The position numbers were made by a program, and so were the translations under genes. A model generated the notes under the pieces. The model made no database searches. It was not told the origin of the DNA and saw nothing but the letters and a program-made list of their open reading frames with translations. From Antedon mediterranea (taxonomy: Eukaryota > Animalia > Echinodermata), in assembly GCF_964355755.1 (NCBI RefSeq), contig NC_092675.1, positions 26,570,912 to 26,634,911 of the forward strand: a DNA stretch of 64,000 bases, read 5' to 3'. Shown here one piece after another: positions 11,591 through 24,570 of this stretch (its first letter is position 1; every line of letters begins with the position of its first letter).

Positions 11591-14500
11591 ATGGCAATGT
11601 AAGTACAGGCTAAATATGCCATTAGTTGTATTTCTGTTTGATTCCACTATAGTATTCAATGAAAATATAGGCAAAGTTACTATAAGTACTGGTACTGGTA
11701 TAACCCTTCAATAATGATTATATTACCGACATAAATATTAAAGTTACATTGATTACAGTACTGTATTGTAATGGTTCCGTGTGCGTTGTTTCTTCACATA
11801 ATTTAATCCTCGTGTACTTAAATTACAAAATCCTTAATTGTTGGAAACATGTACGTGTGCCGGTGCGCGCTGTGCGTAAGTTAGTTACGTTTGGGCAAGT
11901 GGGTTATAATTACTTTCGTTAATTAAAAAACACCGTTGTTTGATAATTGTTCACATCGTCACTGTTTAATTATTGCTAAATACAATTTGAAACGAGTTTC
12001 TATCCAGAATGCCTATAAAGAAAGTTCATCACATGATATTTCCGTGAGATTCATCAATCTCCTTGACCTACGGCCTTTCTATAACAATAGTTTCTCAAGT
12101 TTAAAGCCTAGCTCTTTTTGTGAATAATAACATACAATCAGACCGTTTTACTATTGTTATAATAAGGAACATGCAAATACACGGATCATGCAATCCTCAG
12201 TGGTATTAGGCTATTATGAAACATTCGACATATGGTTTAATGATAATAGCCACTTAATGGAAACTATAGTTACTTATTGCAACTATGTATTCTTGGAGTT
12301 TTTGTGTGTATTAGGTTAAAGTGAACGTTTGGTGTCACCCAGGACAAGTTTCGATGAGAATGTATAGTTCCCATCGTTTTGAAGGTCGGAACATAGGGTG
12401 ATGAGTGGTATCCCTGGAAAGGAAATTGTTGTTCACTGCTTAAATTTTTATTAAAAGACGTAACGTATGACAAACGATATTTATTTAGGTTTATGTACAG
12501 TATTTTGTTTACTGCGGCTCCGTCTATAGAAAACAAATATAAGCCTAATATTGGCATCACCACTTCAGTTTGCATTTCCCCACCATCCACCATCCTTCGA
12601 TTACGCTGTAAAATATTAGGCCTACAACAATATTACACAAGCGAAGTGAACATTTCATTTGGGGTACACAACTGGCTAACGACAACATGAGTGCACTTAT
12701 GTCAAATTAGACTTGTGTGCATAGGCCTATGAGTGATCATATGACACTTACCACAATTATGTATAGTTTAATGCATAATAGTTGCATACAAACTGTGGAT
12801 CTGTAATTGGCTTGCTTGGTGGTTAACATGCTTGCCTTCTAATCTCAAGGTCCACGGTTCAATCTTGACCTAGAGTAGGGTTGTAACTGACGACTCTTTC
12901 AACTCCACTCAATAAGCCTCAAATGAGACTTAGTTTATAGGCCTAAGCATGATAAATTATAAAATAGTTTATCCATCCTGTAATTGGCGAGTTACTCGCT
13001 TTTGGATGCGTATGAATAAAAAAAATACCCGTACTGTTTGTCTGTAGTTATACCGAAAGGTAGATATGGGCTTACTGTATATTGAAGAAACAAAACCGCA
13101 TATTATATCAATCTTAATAATTAATTGTAACTCTTATTGTTTGTCATCAGTTGTGACAAGGCAGGTGTACTAGAAGTACGTGAGAAACTGGGTTTAAAAG
13201 ATGTTGATTTTCTACATCAATCCAAGATCTTGCCGGTAAGTATTATCATTCAAACATAACACCATGAGATAGGCCCAAAGAAGTCAATTTAGATTAATGA
13301 ATTAAGCGATCAGAAACTTGGCGAAATACTTGGAAAAATACAGAAGCGACAAAATACAGAAGCTATTTTATTTTTTGGATATTAAAAATCAAATATTTTA
13401 ATACACTTTTACGTCATCAATAATTCGATTTTGTTTTTAAACTGTAATAGTTATAGTTTGTAGTATTTTGAAAATTTATTGTGGGCGCTATCATGCAAAA
13501 GAACACATTCTTATACATAGTAAAAGAAATAAATTCAGATTCAAATTTATATTCTCATCCATTTATGGAAATTCAATTGCTTTTGTTAAAAATTACTAAA
13601 TTGAATTTTAATTGAAACTACATTACAATAAACACATTTGATATATACAAAAACAATAAATATAAAATATTATATAATAACTATTTACAGTAGGGCCTAT
13701 ATTTCACTTATAATTTTCATCGTTTGTAATTGTTGTTGCAAGTTTAATGGCTTGTGGAAGGAAGGAGAAACAGAAAGAACTAAGTAAAAGTAAATAGAAA
13801 TATTTTTAGGGAGAAGAAGGCATACACATCAACCCAATGCTTGATGGTCCAGATGATATAATGACGCATTATTACGACGACGTCCGAACACTCTACGATG
13901 CTTTTCAACGCGGTATTCGGGTCTCAGGTTTGTCATCATCATCATTCTCTCCTTTTTAATATTAAAGATTTATTGTCCCCTAAAAACATGAAAATAAACA
14001 TTAATAAAATCAGACTTTGAATAGATTATTTTGTAGCTTTAATAAAGTTAATCGCTTTCTGTAAAAAACAAAAACTAAAACACAAAAAAATGTTTAAGAA
14101 TTAATTTTTCAGGGAGACAATACATCTTTAAATCATTTAGTATAGGCCTAGTCTTTATTGTTTCATGTTGTCTAAAATGGACTGAAACAATTGTTTTGAC
14201 AATTATGTTTAAAAGTCCAGAAATTAGAATTAAAAAAAACTTTAATTCAGTTGTACCAATTTCAGTTAGAACTCGGTATACATATTTACAAGTCTGTGTC
14301 AGAAAGACTCAAAAGGTTATTATATTATTGATTAAATATGTTTAAGATGTCCCTTACTATTGCTTTAGATAACGGACCTTGTCTTGGATGTAGAGAACCT
14401 GGAAAGCCATACACTTTCATCAGTTATAGTGAGGTTGGTATGTTCGTGCTTTTTAACTACGTATGATTACCAATCATAACCATCAGGTTTTATCAACAGA

Positions 14501-17500
14501 TAACATTTCGCATTATATAGGCCTACACCACAGAAGATATACCAACATTAAAGTTGATTCCTATATTGAATAGTTCCAATTTGTGAGCGATGTTGTACAA
14601 TAAAACCATATCGTTTATCAAATGGCTATACTATCCTTTCTAAAAGTATTTGTACGATCGTTTTTGTTGCTGTTTTGTTGCTTTTATAGGTATTCGAAAG
14701 CTCATAGACTAATCAGTTAAGTCAAATAATGACAAACCGCTGATGTGTTTATCGCTACTTATCTACGTGTGTACCTACTTAACAAGTTTATATGTTTACT
14801 CTGTGTTTTGTTTTTTTATAGGTATTCGAAAGATCAAAGAACTTCGGTTCTGGCTTAATAGCCAATGGATGTAAAGCGAACGCTGAAACCTTTATCGGTA
14901 TTTACTCTGCGAATTGTGTCGAGGTAGGGCCTACGTGTCGTAGAATATTGAAAACAGTGTGTTTTTATATGAATATAATATGTCAACAGTGGCGCTTCAT
15001 ATCTATCTATAGGGCCTATGTGTCGTACATCGACATTATCAGTATGTTTCTCTCCCATGCCTTCTTACCAATATTTCTCCTTTTCCTCATATGGGTATCA
15101 TCATCTAGGCATTCTCTGTTATTATCTTTATTGCTATCATAGTTTTGGTGTCGCCATCATAGTTTTGGTTGTCGTCATCATCATCGTAATTAAAATCATC
15201 GCCTCCATATATTTGGGTGGATCTAGGGAAGAGGCACTAGCGTGCTCTCCATCCATTTATCAAGTTGTTGATCATCATCACCACCACCAGCATCTAAAGC
15301 TCTGTCTACACTATCAAACTGAATGTGACAAATGTGATGTGCCCATAATATGGACATGATGTCATACCACTACTATATTTGGAGATATAAAACTACCATG
15401 TTTGGGTACATCACACTTTCATCATCATCAACATCACATACAAAAACTAGTTTGATAGTGTAGACAGAACTTAAGTCGTCGTCGTCGTCATCGTCATCGT
15501 TGATTAATCCACTTTTTCTTTCATAATTTCATTTTCTAATGTCCACCACATTAAAATCTTCATTACCATGTTGCGTGTTAACGTTAAGTATAATACACTT
15601 GATTCCAGTGGATATGTACTGAGCAAGCATGCAACGCATACTCAATGGTTATAGTTCCTTTATATGACACACTTGGACCAGAGGCCTGTAAATTCATCAT
15701 AAACCAAGGTAAGTAATTCGTATGACATTAGTGTAATATCTGAAAGAACATCACCACATACCGTAATATAAACATTTGAAAAGAGCAATTTTCGGTATGA
15801 CATTCATTCGTCCTCAACTCTACACAAGTTAAAACATACATTACAACAACAGTAGGCCTACAACTTTAAGCTCTGTCTACACTATCAAACTAGTTTGAAA
15901 AAAAAAACCAGTGTGATGTACACTGTATGGTAATGATGTACTCAAATATGGCAGTGATGTACTCAAATATGGTAGTGATATGCTAAAAAATGTAATGATA
16001 TGACATCATCATGTTTATATATGGGTACATAAAGTGTTAGACATAGCTTTAAACGAATGAGTGGATCTCTCCGTTGTTAATTAAAGGTTAATTTGAACTT
16101 GAACTAAACAAAAACTAAAATATGGTAATAAGCCTTTGATATAAATGGTTACATCTTGTAGTATCACAACCTGGCCCACCAAGAGACTGGCTCCCACTTT
16201 ATAAGCTAAACGTTATGTATAGTACTATCATACAGCTTCTAGGCAAAAAGTTCGTGAATTGTTAAATATCTGAAACTTCTAAAGTTGGGGAAAATATATA
16301 TTATATATTATCCTCCTATATATGTATTTTTTAATTTTCTATAGCTGAAATTAAGGTAGTTGTTTGCGACAAAGAAGAACGATGCAGAAAACTGTTGAAA
16401 CAGGCATCCAAGATGAAATCACTTAAATGTATCGTCGTTGTAGAAGACGTTAGTGATGAGGTTAAAGAAATTGCGCAAGGTTTGGACATCAACCTTCTCA
16501 GTTTTGCTGATGTTGAGGTAGGCATTTTGTTCATTTGGATCCAAGAATGGTAAACATACAGCATTTTAATTTTGAATGTTTACCATTCATAGTACTTAAA
16601 AGTACTTGTTATTGTGAACAGTTTACAATGTAAAGTGCTTCTCCATCGTCTCCACGTCCCACCCACTATTCGAAGTCTTGGTTATGCTATCATGTTAAAC
16701 CAAAGTCAAAGATTTATACTACAATTGTTTCATACTGGTTGTTTTTGTATAGACATGCCATGGCATAACAACTTATAAGGCTGAAAAAAATACACCCTAG
16801 AAGTAAACCTTTAATCGCCTGTCAGACAAGATGAAAATGAAGCACATGATTACTGCTTGATTTTACTGCTTATTATACCAAATTCACTGTACAAATATTA
16901 TCAAAAACAGTGTGTGTGTGTCAACAGTGACGCAATATATCCATCCTCTGGCGTTTATAGGTGTATATAGGTGTACCGTTAACGCATAAAAGTACTCAGC
17001 ATCGTATAATTTCCACTACACAAATCAAAATCAGTAGGCCTAGACTCAGACTCCATAGACTTTATAGAAATAATATTAAGTAGGTTACACGTACATTTCA
17101 TTGATTCCCCTTATACTTTCACACAAGCAACTATTTCAAATATATGTTTATTATTTGTTAAGTTATTAGGAAATGTTAAGTTCCTTTTCTTCTTTCTATT
17201 TAAAAAGATATGATCTTTTACTTTCATTTTTTATATATCAGACTTCTGTTCAACTCATAAGAAAATCTACGATCAAAGGCATGGTTAAAACAGGCATTCA
17301 AAATATTACAATAACGCCTCCGCACTTAATCTTCTTCATGTAGGCCTATGTATGAATAGGCCACAAACAACAAAAACATATAAGTTCTTAACTGATTAGA
17401 AAAATGTTAAATATTTACCTACGCCACGCTCTTGAAACTCGTCCGTAGGTCAACAGGATCAATATCCTGGGTTTATAAAGCGCCTCTAAGTACTGTACAT

Positions 17501-20500
17501 TACCTCGGTCATTTTTGGTCAAACATGTATGGAAATACTCCCATAATTCAGCTAGTAATCAATTGTGTCTTGCCCTTACCAGTACCCATTTGTGCACCTG
17601 ATTGGAGAGAGGCAAACGGAAGTGTCTTGCCTAAAGAATATGCGACGAGCGTTGGATTCGAACCCATGATCTCACGATCATAAACGTCCAACACACTGTG
17701 CCACACGCATTACTTTAGCAAATCGTAGGCGACTTATTATGTGATATTCACTTCATTTCAAATAGTTTATTTAGTAATGGGAACGAATACAAGATAGCAA
17801 TTGAACATCATGTTACGTTTTTGTTTTTTAGAAAACAGGAAAAGAATCCCCGCAAGACGTTGTGGTAAGTTATGGTATCGAATCTTGGAGTTTTTGATTT
17901 CAAATCGAATCTTAACTCTGTATCTTTTAATTAACAAAACAACGATCCAATAATGTAGTACCATACCTCGTGCACTGTTTATACATGATATTTTTTATTT
18001 ATAGTATATCATGTTCTAGATTGTATTGTATTAATGCGATATTTCGTCGTAATCATGTGTGAAACAAAACGATTATTGTGACACGGGTCGAAAGTATACT
18101 ATTTTCTTAATATTATACTTATAAACCGAAAGTATCTATTGAAGAAAAGTGCATGACATATATGTGATGTCAGTATTTTCTTCACATGCATGTTGTCAAC
18201 CAAAGTCTTTTATATAATGAAGAGAGTCTGGTTATGTAAATATCAACTGTTTTTTATATTGTTTTCAGCCACCAACGTCAGATGATCTGGCTACCATTTG
18301 TTACACAAGTGGGACCACGGGGGACCCTAAGGGAGTGATGGTCACACATGGTAATATTATAGCCTGTTCAGCTGGCTTTATAGCACAAACTGGGGTAAGT
18401 AGAGGATAAAAAAGTAATTTAAAATGTGCTTATTATACATAATCACAATACACATTACAATGTTACGTAATAATGCACAATAACGATTTGATTATACACA
18501 GAAATAATTTGAAAAGTGACTTTTACTACAATAGCAATACAGGTACATTGTATTATTTACAATGTACATACAAATTAGACACCGAATACTCAAGTAAGAA
18601 TTTTTATATATAAAATTACAGAATCATTCATCACCCGTACCTTTTTAGAATGATATATCCTGCATTTTTTAATATGTTTAACACTTAACAAAGACATAGC
18701 GTATTATAAAGTTAAAAGTATTCTGTGATTATTATTAACAATGCACAATGTTTTTGATACGAATCGTTTGTTATAATTTGCATCTATTAGCCTATGGAAG
18801 CTTCAATGCAGCTAGAGAAAACGGTGCCTTTGATATTTCACGGCCTCTGTCTTTGTCGTGTGTGTGGAGGTCTACTACTAGGTGATCCATTATTATTCAT
18901 GATATGCATTAACCTTATTTGCAATTTTACAGAAACTATTGTATTTTACTCCCGATGATGTATATTACTCGTATCTTCCACTGGCACATATGTATGAACG
19001 ATTTGCAATGGTAAGAAACAAAATATTGAGTCCAGAAACAATGCACATTTGCACACTTTTAATTTTAAGATTCACCAAATCACTTCACATACCAGGGGGC
19101 GGTCGCAGGAATATTTTAAGAGGGTTGCCCAAAGAGTCCAGGGCTGTAGACACTGAGTATTTGAGCCACAGGACCCCTATTGTGTGGCCTGTGTTGAAGC
19201 GAATTGTTAAATGACACCCCCAGATGGCCGCAAAAAATTCATGATAAATGGAAAATAAAATATTTTTTTTTTACGCAAAGTTCATATGTGAATGCTTGAC
19301 CCATTAGAGGTAATCGCCGATATAATTTGTGCACGGTATAATATAATAATATACATATTGGTGACTGCTGTGCATTCTGCCAATTTACAAATTATTATTC
19401 TCTTCCAAACCGGACTTTATATGGATATTTTATACATGAAATGGGATTTAAATTTTAATTTAGTGGCATTTAGTATTAAATTAAGGGTGTTGCCGGGGCC
19501 ACTAGGTCAACAACCCTGGGTCCCGCCCCTGCATACACAAATATAATTTGATTATCATTAGTAGATGCTAGTTAGCTTATACTTTAAAGGTCGATATATA
19601 TATCTGCAGACATCACTTTGACGTATTAGCTGTAAAAACAATGTGTATAAAGAATCAATGTAGACCTACACCCCAACGCATCCCTAATTATGTATTCATA
19701 TTCTGTTTCTTTTTTATTTCCAATTTTGTCTTTAAAATAAAGACAAACTTTTTCATGCATGGTTCAAGTACAGGATTCTTCCAGGGAGATATCAAATTAA
19801 TGACGGATGACTTATTAACATTAAAACCTACATTTATGGCATGTGTTCCCCGTGTGATGAACCGTGTCTACGACAAGGTAAATGCTATAGTATTATAGAA
19901 ATGGTTTTATAATTTTGAAAGAATTTGTTTCGTAATGCACATATTCTTTGTGATTATATTCTACAAGAAACCACCACATAAATACGCCTGGTCTGCTCAC
20001 AAACAACAAGTATACATTTAATAATGTGAAAATACTATGCTGCTGAAGTATTGTATTTTTAACAGCGAAGAGGCGTCAGTAAATAATATCAAAACATCTG
20101 TATTTGAATTGACTATTCCTTAGGTAATGGCAAGAGTCCAGGACAGTAACTTTATTAAAAGATGGATGTTCAGCTTTGCAAGTACCATGAAAGGCAAGGA
20201 ACTAGAACGGTAAGAACTTCTTGAGAACTGAACTCTTAGCTTAGATTATTAAAGCTCTGTCTACACTATCAAACTTTATGTGACAAAAAATGTGTCCTTA
20301 ATATGTACATGATGATGTCATATCACTACCATATTTAAGCATATCACTAACATATTTGGGCACATCACACTAATTTGATAGTGTAGACAAAGATCGAGTA
20401 TAATTGACAAACAAGTCATAAACACTTTACTGGATGTGAGAACTAAACAATTAGTGAAAGATAAAAATACTCGCTAGAATTGGTTGTGTATTTTTTTAAA

Positions 20501-23500
20501 TGAATTTGAAAATACAATTTGTTTAATTTTTTTTTATGCAGGGGAGTCGTACGAAATGATGGTATATGGGATGGCGTCTTTAAGCAAGTTCGGGTAATAT
20601 TTTTTTATAAACATATTTCACATTTTTAATACTATAATTATATCTAGTTCAATCTCAAAGAGATTATGCTTGTAGAAACTGATTATGAAAGTGCATAAAC
20701 AATCTACATTTTAAAAACATTATTTATCTTGGAAGAATTTCATATGGTCGTGGAATAGGTATTAAATAAAATTTCTTTTGAACAACCAAAAATAGTATAA
20801 GCGAACTTACAGTACGTTTCGAAACCTATCAGGTTTCATAATCAACAGCACTGCGAATAATGTCAATTACTTTTAAGTAATTGACATTTAAAAATGTGGT
20901 TGTTGTTGTAAAGAAATAAAATGTCTTTATTGAATTTCTACCTCAGGATTCGTTAGGCGGTCGAGTTCGTGGAATGACAGCAGGTGCTGCACCAGTCTCC
21001 GCTGAAGTTAAACGATTTTGGCAGTGTTTCTCCGGTGCCTTTGTAAGTAAATCGAGCCATTCACTAAACAATTATTGATTGTAGTGACACCAATGAAGAA
21101 CTTCTTCTTTGATTTCTTTTTCTATCAAGGCACTTCGCCTCTTTTCTGAACAATGGCTGTTGTTTAATTCTGAATAAGACTATTTTCTAACTATTCTTTA
21201 ACTTTTAAATTTACTATTTTGTAACATTTTAGAAAATATTTTTAGAATTTTACATCGACTTTTGTATCCAGCGACATAAACTGGCCTATGATATAGGATA
21301 TTTTGTAAGCCTAAGAAACTTCTTATATTCTTCACAGCTTGTGGAAGGGTTTGGCCAAACCGAAGCTACATGTATCTCTACTCTAGCCTACCCAGCGGAC
21401 AACAGCCTAAACCACCAAGGTGCACCAATCTCTTCCTGTATGATGAAGGTTGTAGATGTTCCAGAAATGGAATACTTTGCTAAGAATGGACAAGGAGAGG
21501 TGAATAATGGAGTCATCAATCGTTACAAAATAAACATAATTTACTTAATAATAATTGTTGAATTAATAATGATGTGAATCACGATTAGAATTGTTTTCAT
21601 TTCACCCTATATGCCTTTCTTTCCACCCTATAGACCTTTCTTTCGTTCTTTCAAACTATTTTCCAAATGTTACTGCATGCTCTGTACAAAAGTGGTTACG
21701 GAATCGACCGATCATTTTCAGAATCATTATTTACAAAACCAATAACCTGTTAATGAAAACGAAAATCAAATGAATAATAATGTATTTCTTTTGATAACTT
21801 GAATATAGATTTGTATGAAAGGACCAAGTATCACAAATGGCTATTACAAGAATGAAGAGAAAACGAAAGATGCATTTGACAATGAAGGATGGCTTCATAG
21901 TGGCGATATTGGAGAATGGACAGAAGTAAGTAACTCTGTGTTTGACCACAATGTTGTTAATTAATGGTACAATATCGGAGGAAAGCGTTTACAGCGCAAT
22001 TAACTTCATGAATGTGTCATTAAATTCTCTCTTGCTTCTATCATTTTAATGATCTTTATTTCTGATAAATTATTTGTTTTTGTAGTGTGGTCAAATTAGG
22101 ATTATTGATCGTAAGAAGAACATTTTCAAGCTTTCGCAGGGCGAGTATGTGGCGCCAGAGAAGATCGAAAACGTCTACCTACGGTGTGAGTACGTCTCAC
22201 AGATATTCGTCCATGGCGAAAGTTTACAGGTAAAATTGTGATTATTGTTTTAATAAAAATAAATTTACCTTTGATTTGTTCATTAGGATTCATATTATAT
22301 ATGATTTACCAAATCAGTTACATACTTAAAAGTTATGTATTAATGTTTCAGTCGTGTCTCGTAGCCGTTATTGTTCCAGACCCAGATACTTTACCAAGAT
22401 TGGCAACTACACATCACGTGGAAGGAGACTACGAAGCAATGTGTCAAAGTTCGGTAAGAACAGAAATAATATTTCAAATATATTAGTATATTATACTAGT
22501 TATGCTTATGAATATTCGGTCAAAAAGTTATTAATGTCTTCTACATCCTATTTTCATATTTTTTTTGGAAATTTAAAGTTTTATATTTTATGGAATTGTA
22601 ACTTTTTAAAATTGTTTTTATATGAATTTTAACTTTTTTCAATTTAATTATAATGTGATGCTTGAATGCAGGCATTTTGTAAAAAATTGTATTCTTTGCA
22701 TTGACTCTTCAAGTCAGATGTAGGGCCTACAGTTGTTGCTACCCTCGTGAAACAAAGTTAAATGAATAATAAATAAAATCTAAATTCTGACAAAATAAAA
22801 CTGACATTCAACTGACTCAAACTCCGCTCTGAAATGTCCAATGACAGATTCGGTTATTTTTTTTGTAGGTTATGAAGGTCGCCATTCAAGATGAACTGCG
22901 TAAACTAGCCAAAGAATCCGGCTTAAAGTCATTTGAACAGGTTTGTACAGTCAACAGTTCTGCATAAAACATTTATTTTTATTTTATTTTATTCATTTTG
23001 GCAATAAACATAAAATAATAATTACAACAAAAAAACCATAGAAATATAAGACACGACACTTTAATAAAGTTCACATAATAAATAATATTTCTAAAAAGGT
23101 TGATCAAGATTCAAGTGATCAATTTTTTGTGATATACCAAAAAGTGAAGTGAATGCTTCAATTGGTTATGTGTGAACAATCTTTAAGCTCTGTCTACACT
23201 ATTAAACTAGTTTAACAAAAAAAAGTGTCATGTGCCCAAATATGGTGGTGATATGTTCAAATATGGTAGTGATATGACATCATCATGGCCATATATGGCC
23301 ATATCAAATTTTGTTGTCACATAAAGTTTGATAGTGTAGCCAGAGATTTAGACTGACCCACTATATTGAACCTCGAAATAATAAATGTCTTAATTACCGT
23401 AAGTAAATGTAAACATTATTGTTATCCAGATCAAAGCTGTACATATGACGTCAGAAGCGTTTAGTATTGAGAACCATCTATTAACACCAACGCTGAAGTC

Positions 23501-23576
23501 CAAGAGACCAGTACTAAGAAAATACTACAAAGACCAAGTGGAAAAGATGTACGAAACACTGAATGCAAAACAATAA
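11591..23576 (+). CDS. ACSL: Long-chain fatty-acid--CoA ligase, ACSL1/5/6 family, 20 coding exons, 666 aa
   Basis: Exons 11591-11598, 13151-13235, 13810-13927, 14369-14433, 14822-14923, 15609-15708, 16345-16517, 17832-17864, 18269-18394, 18933-19010, 19743-19877, 20124-20209, 20542-20593, 20947-21042, 21338-21499, 21809-21925, 22086-22229, 22352-22453, 22869-22940, 23430-23576 (2001 nt). Motifs [69 protein letters not shown]. The 8-nt first coding segment is the least certain part. Confidence 0.95.
12800..13025 (+). mobile_element. Degenerate tRNA-derived SINE-like element
   Basis: A-box-like TGGCTTGCTTGGT and B-box-like GGTTCAATC followed by a non-tRNA body and an A-rich tail. Confidence 0.45.
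17460..17710 (-). mobile_element. tRNA-derived SINE, same family as 26995-27297
   Basis: Reverse complement shows GGTTCGAATCC, TAGGCAAGACAC...GCCTCTCTCCA..CAGGTG..AAATGGGTAC and the tail GGCGCTTTATAAACCCAGGATATT. Confidence 0.8.
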
Positions 23577-24570
23577 AGAGGCAGTTAGGTACTAGACCAT
23601 CTAAAGCTCTGTCTACACTATCAAACTTTATGCGACAAAAAAAATGTGATGTGCCCATATATGACTAGTCTACATGATGATGTCATATAACTACCATATT
23701 TAAGTATATCACTACCATATTTGGGCACATCACACTTTTTTTTATCATCAAAATAGTAGAGCTTAAGTAACAAGAATGTATGATGATAAACGATGGCTCA
23801 ACACAGATATAAATTTAGTACTGTATAGGAATCTAATGTCATATTAAAATTAAAATGTATAGAAAATTCAAATACAGTAAAAAGAATTTTATGACTTGGT
23901 CCTTTTGTTTGGTTGTTACGTGTCAGTTTTGTAACGGGTTGCGAGATCACGCCCCTGGGGCATGCCCAAAATAGAAACACCACAATTATGTAATTTTACA
24001 AAATGTAAAAACAAACATGTTTTAATTCTGTTTATTTTCATTTATTCAAATTTAATTCATTAACTTGACATACTTAAATGAAAAACCCAAAAATACACAC
24101 AACATTACATTTACAAGAGATCTCAATATGGATGTGCATAAAATAATATAAACAGAAATGTGAAAATATTATATTCAAATTAATTTAAATTAATTAAACA
24201 TTTAAAACACATATCGGCAGTCAAAAACAATGAAATAAGTACTTTATTTTTATACAAATACAGCTGACAATTTCAATTTGTGATTTTTGATATTTTTTTT
24301 TTGCCAGCAATTCAATTAAAATCATTGTTAAAAAAAATGTACTGCCTCTCGTAAATCTGCCTCTAAAAATGCGCCTTACTTTGTGGTAATTTCATAAAAG
24401 CTCATATTCCCTTTATTGAAAAAAGACAAACAAGACTTGAAGAAAACCAAAATGGTATAACTACCCATAACATAGCGATATCTAAACCTACATTTTAAAA
24501 ATGAAAAGGATATTACTAGTTAATAGTAAACATTGTATTTAAATTTATATATTATGATTTAAAACTGTAT

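Noticed and set aside
18933-19742. Second mutually exclusive gate exon, as in vertebrate ACSL1/6
   Set aside because: Only one LPLAH exon is visible in the flanking introns.
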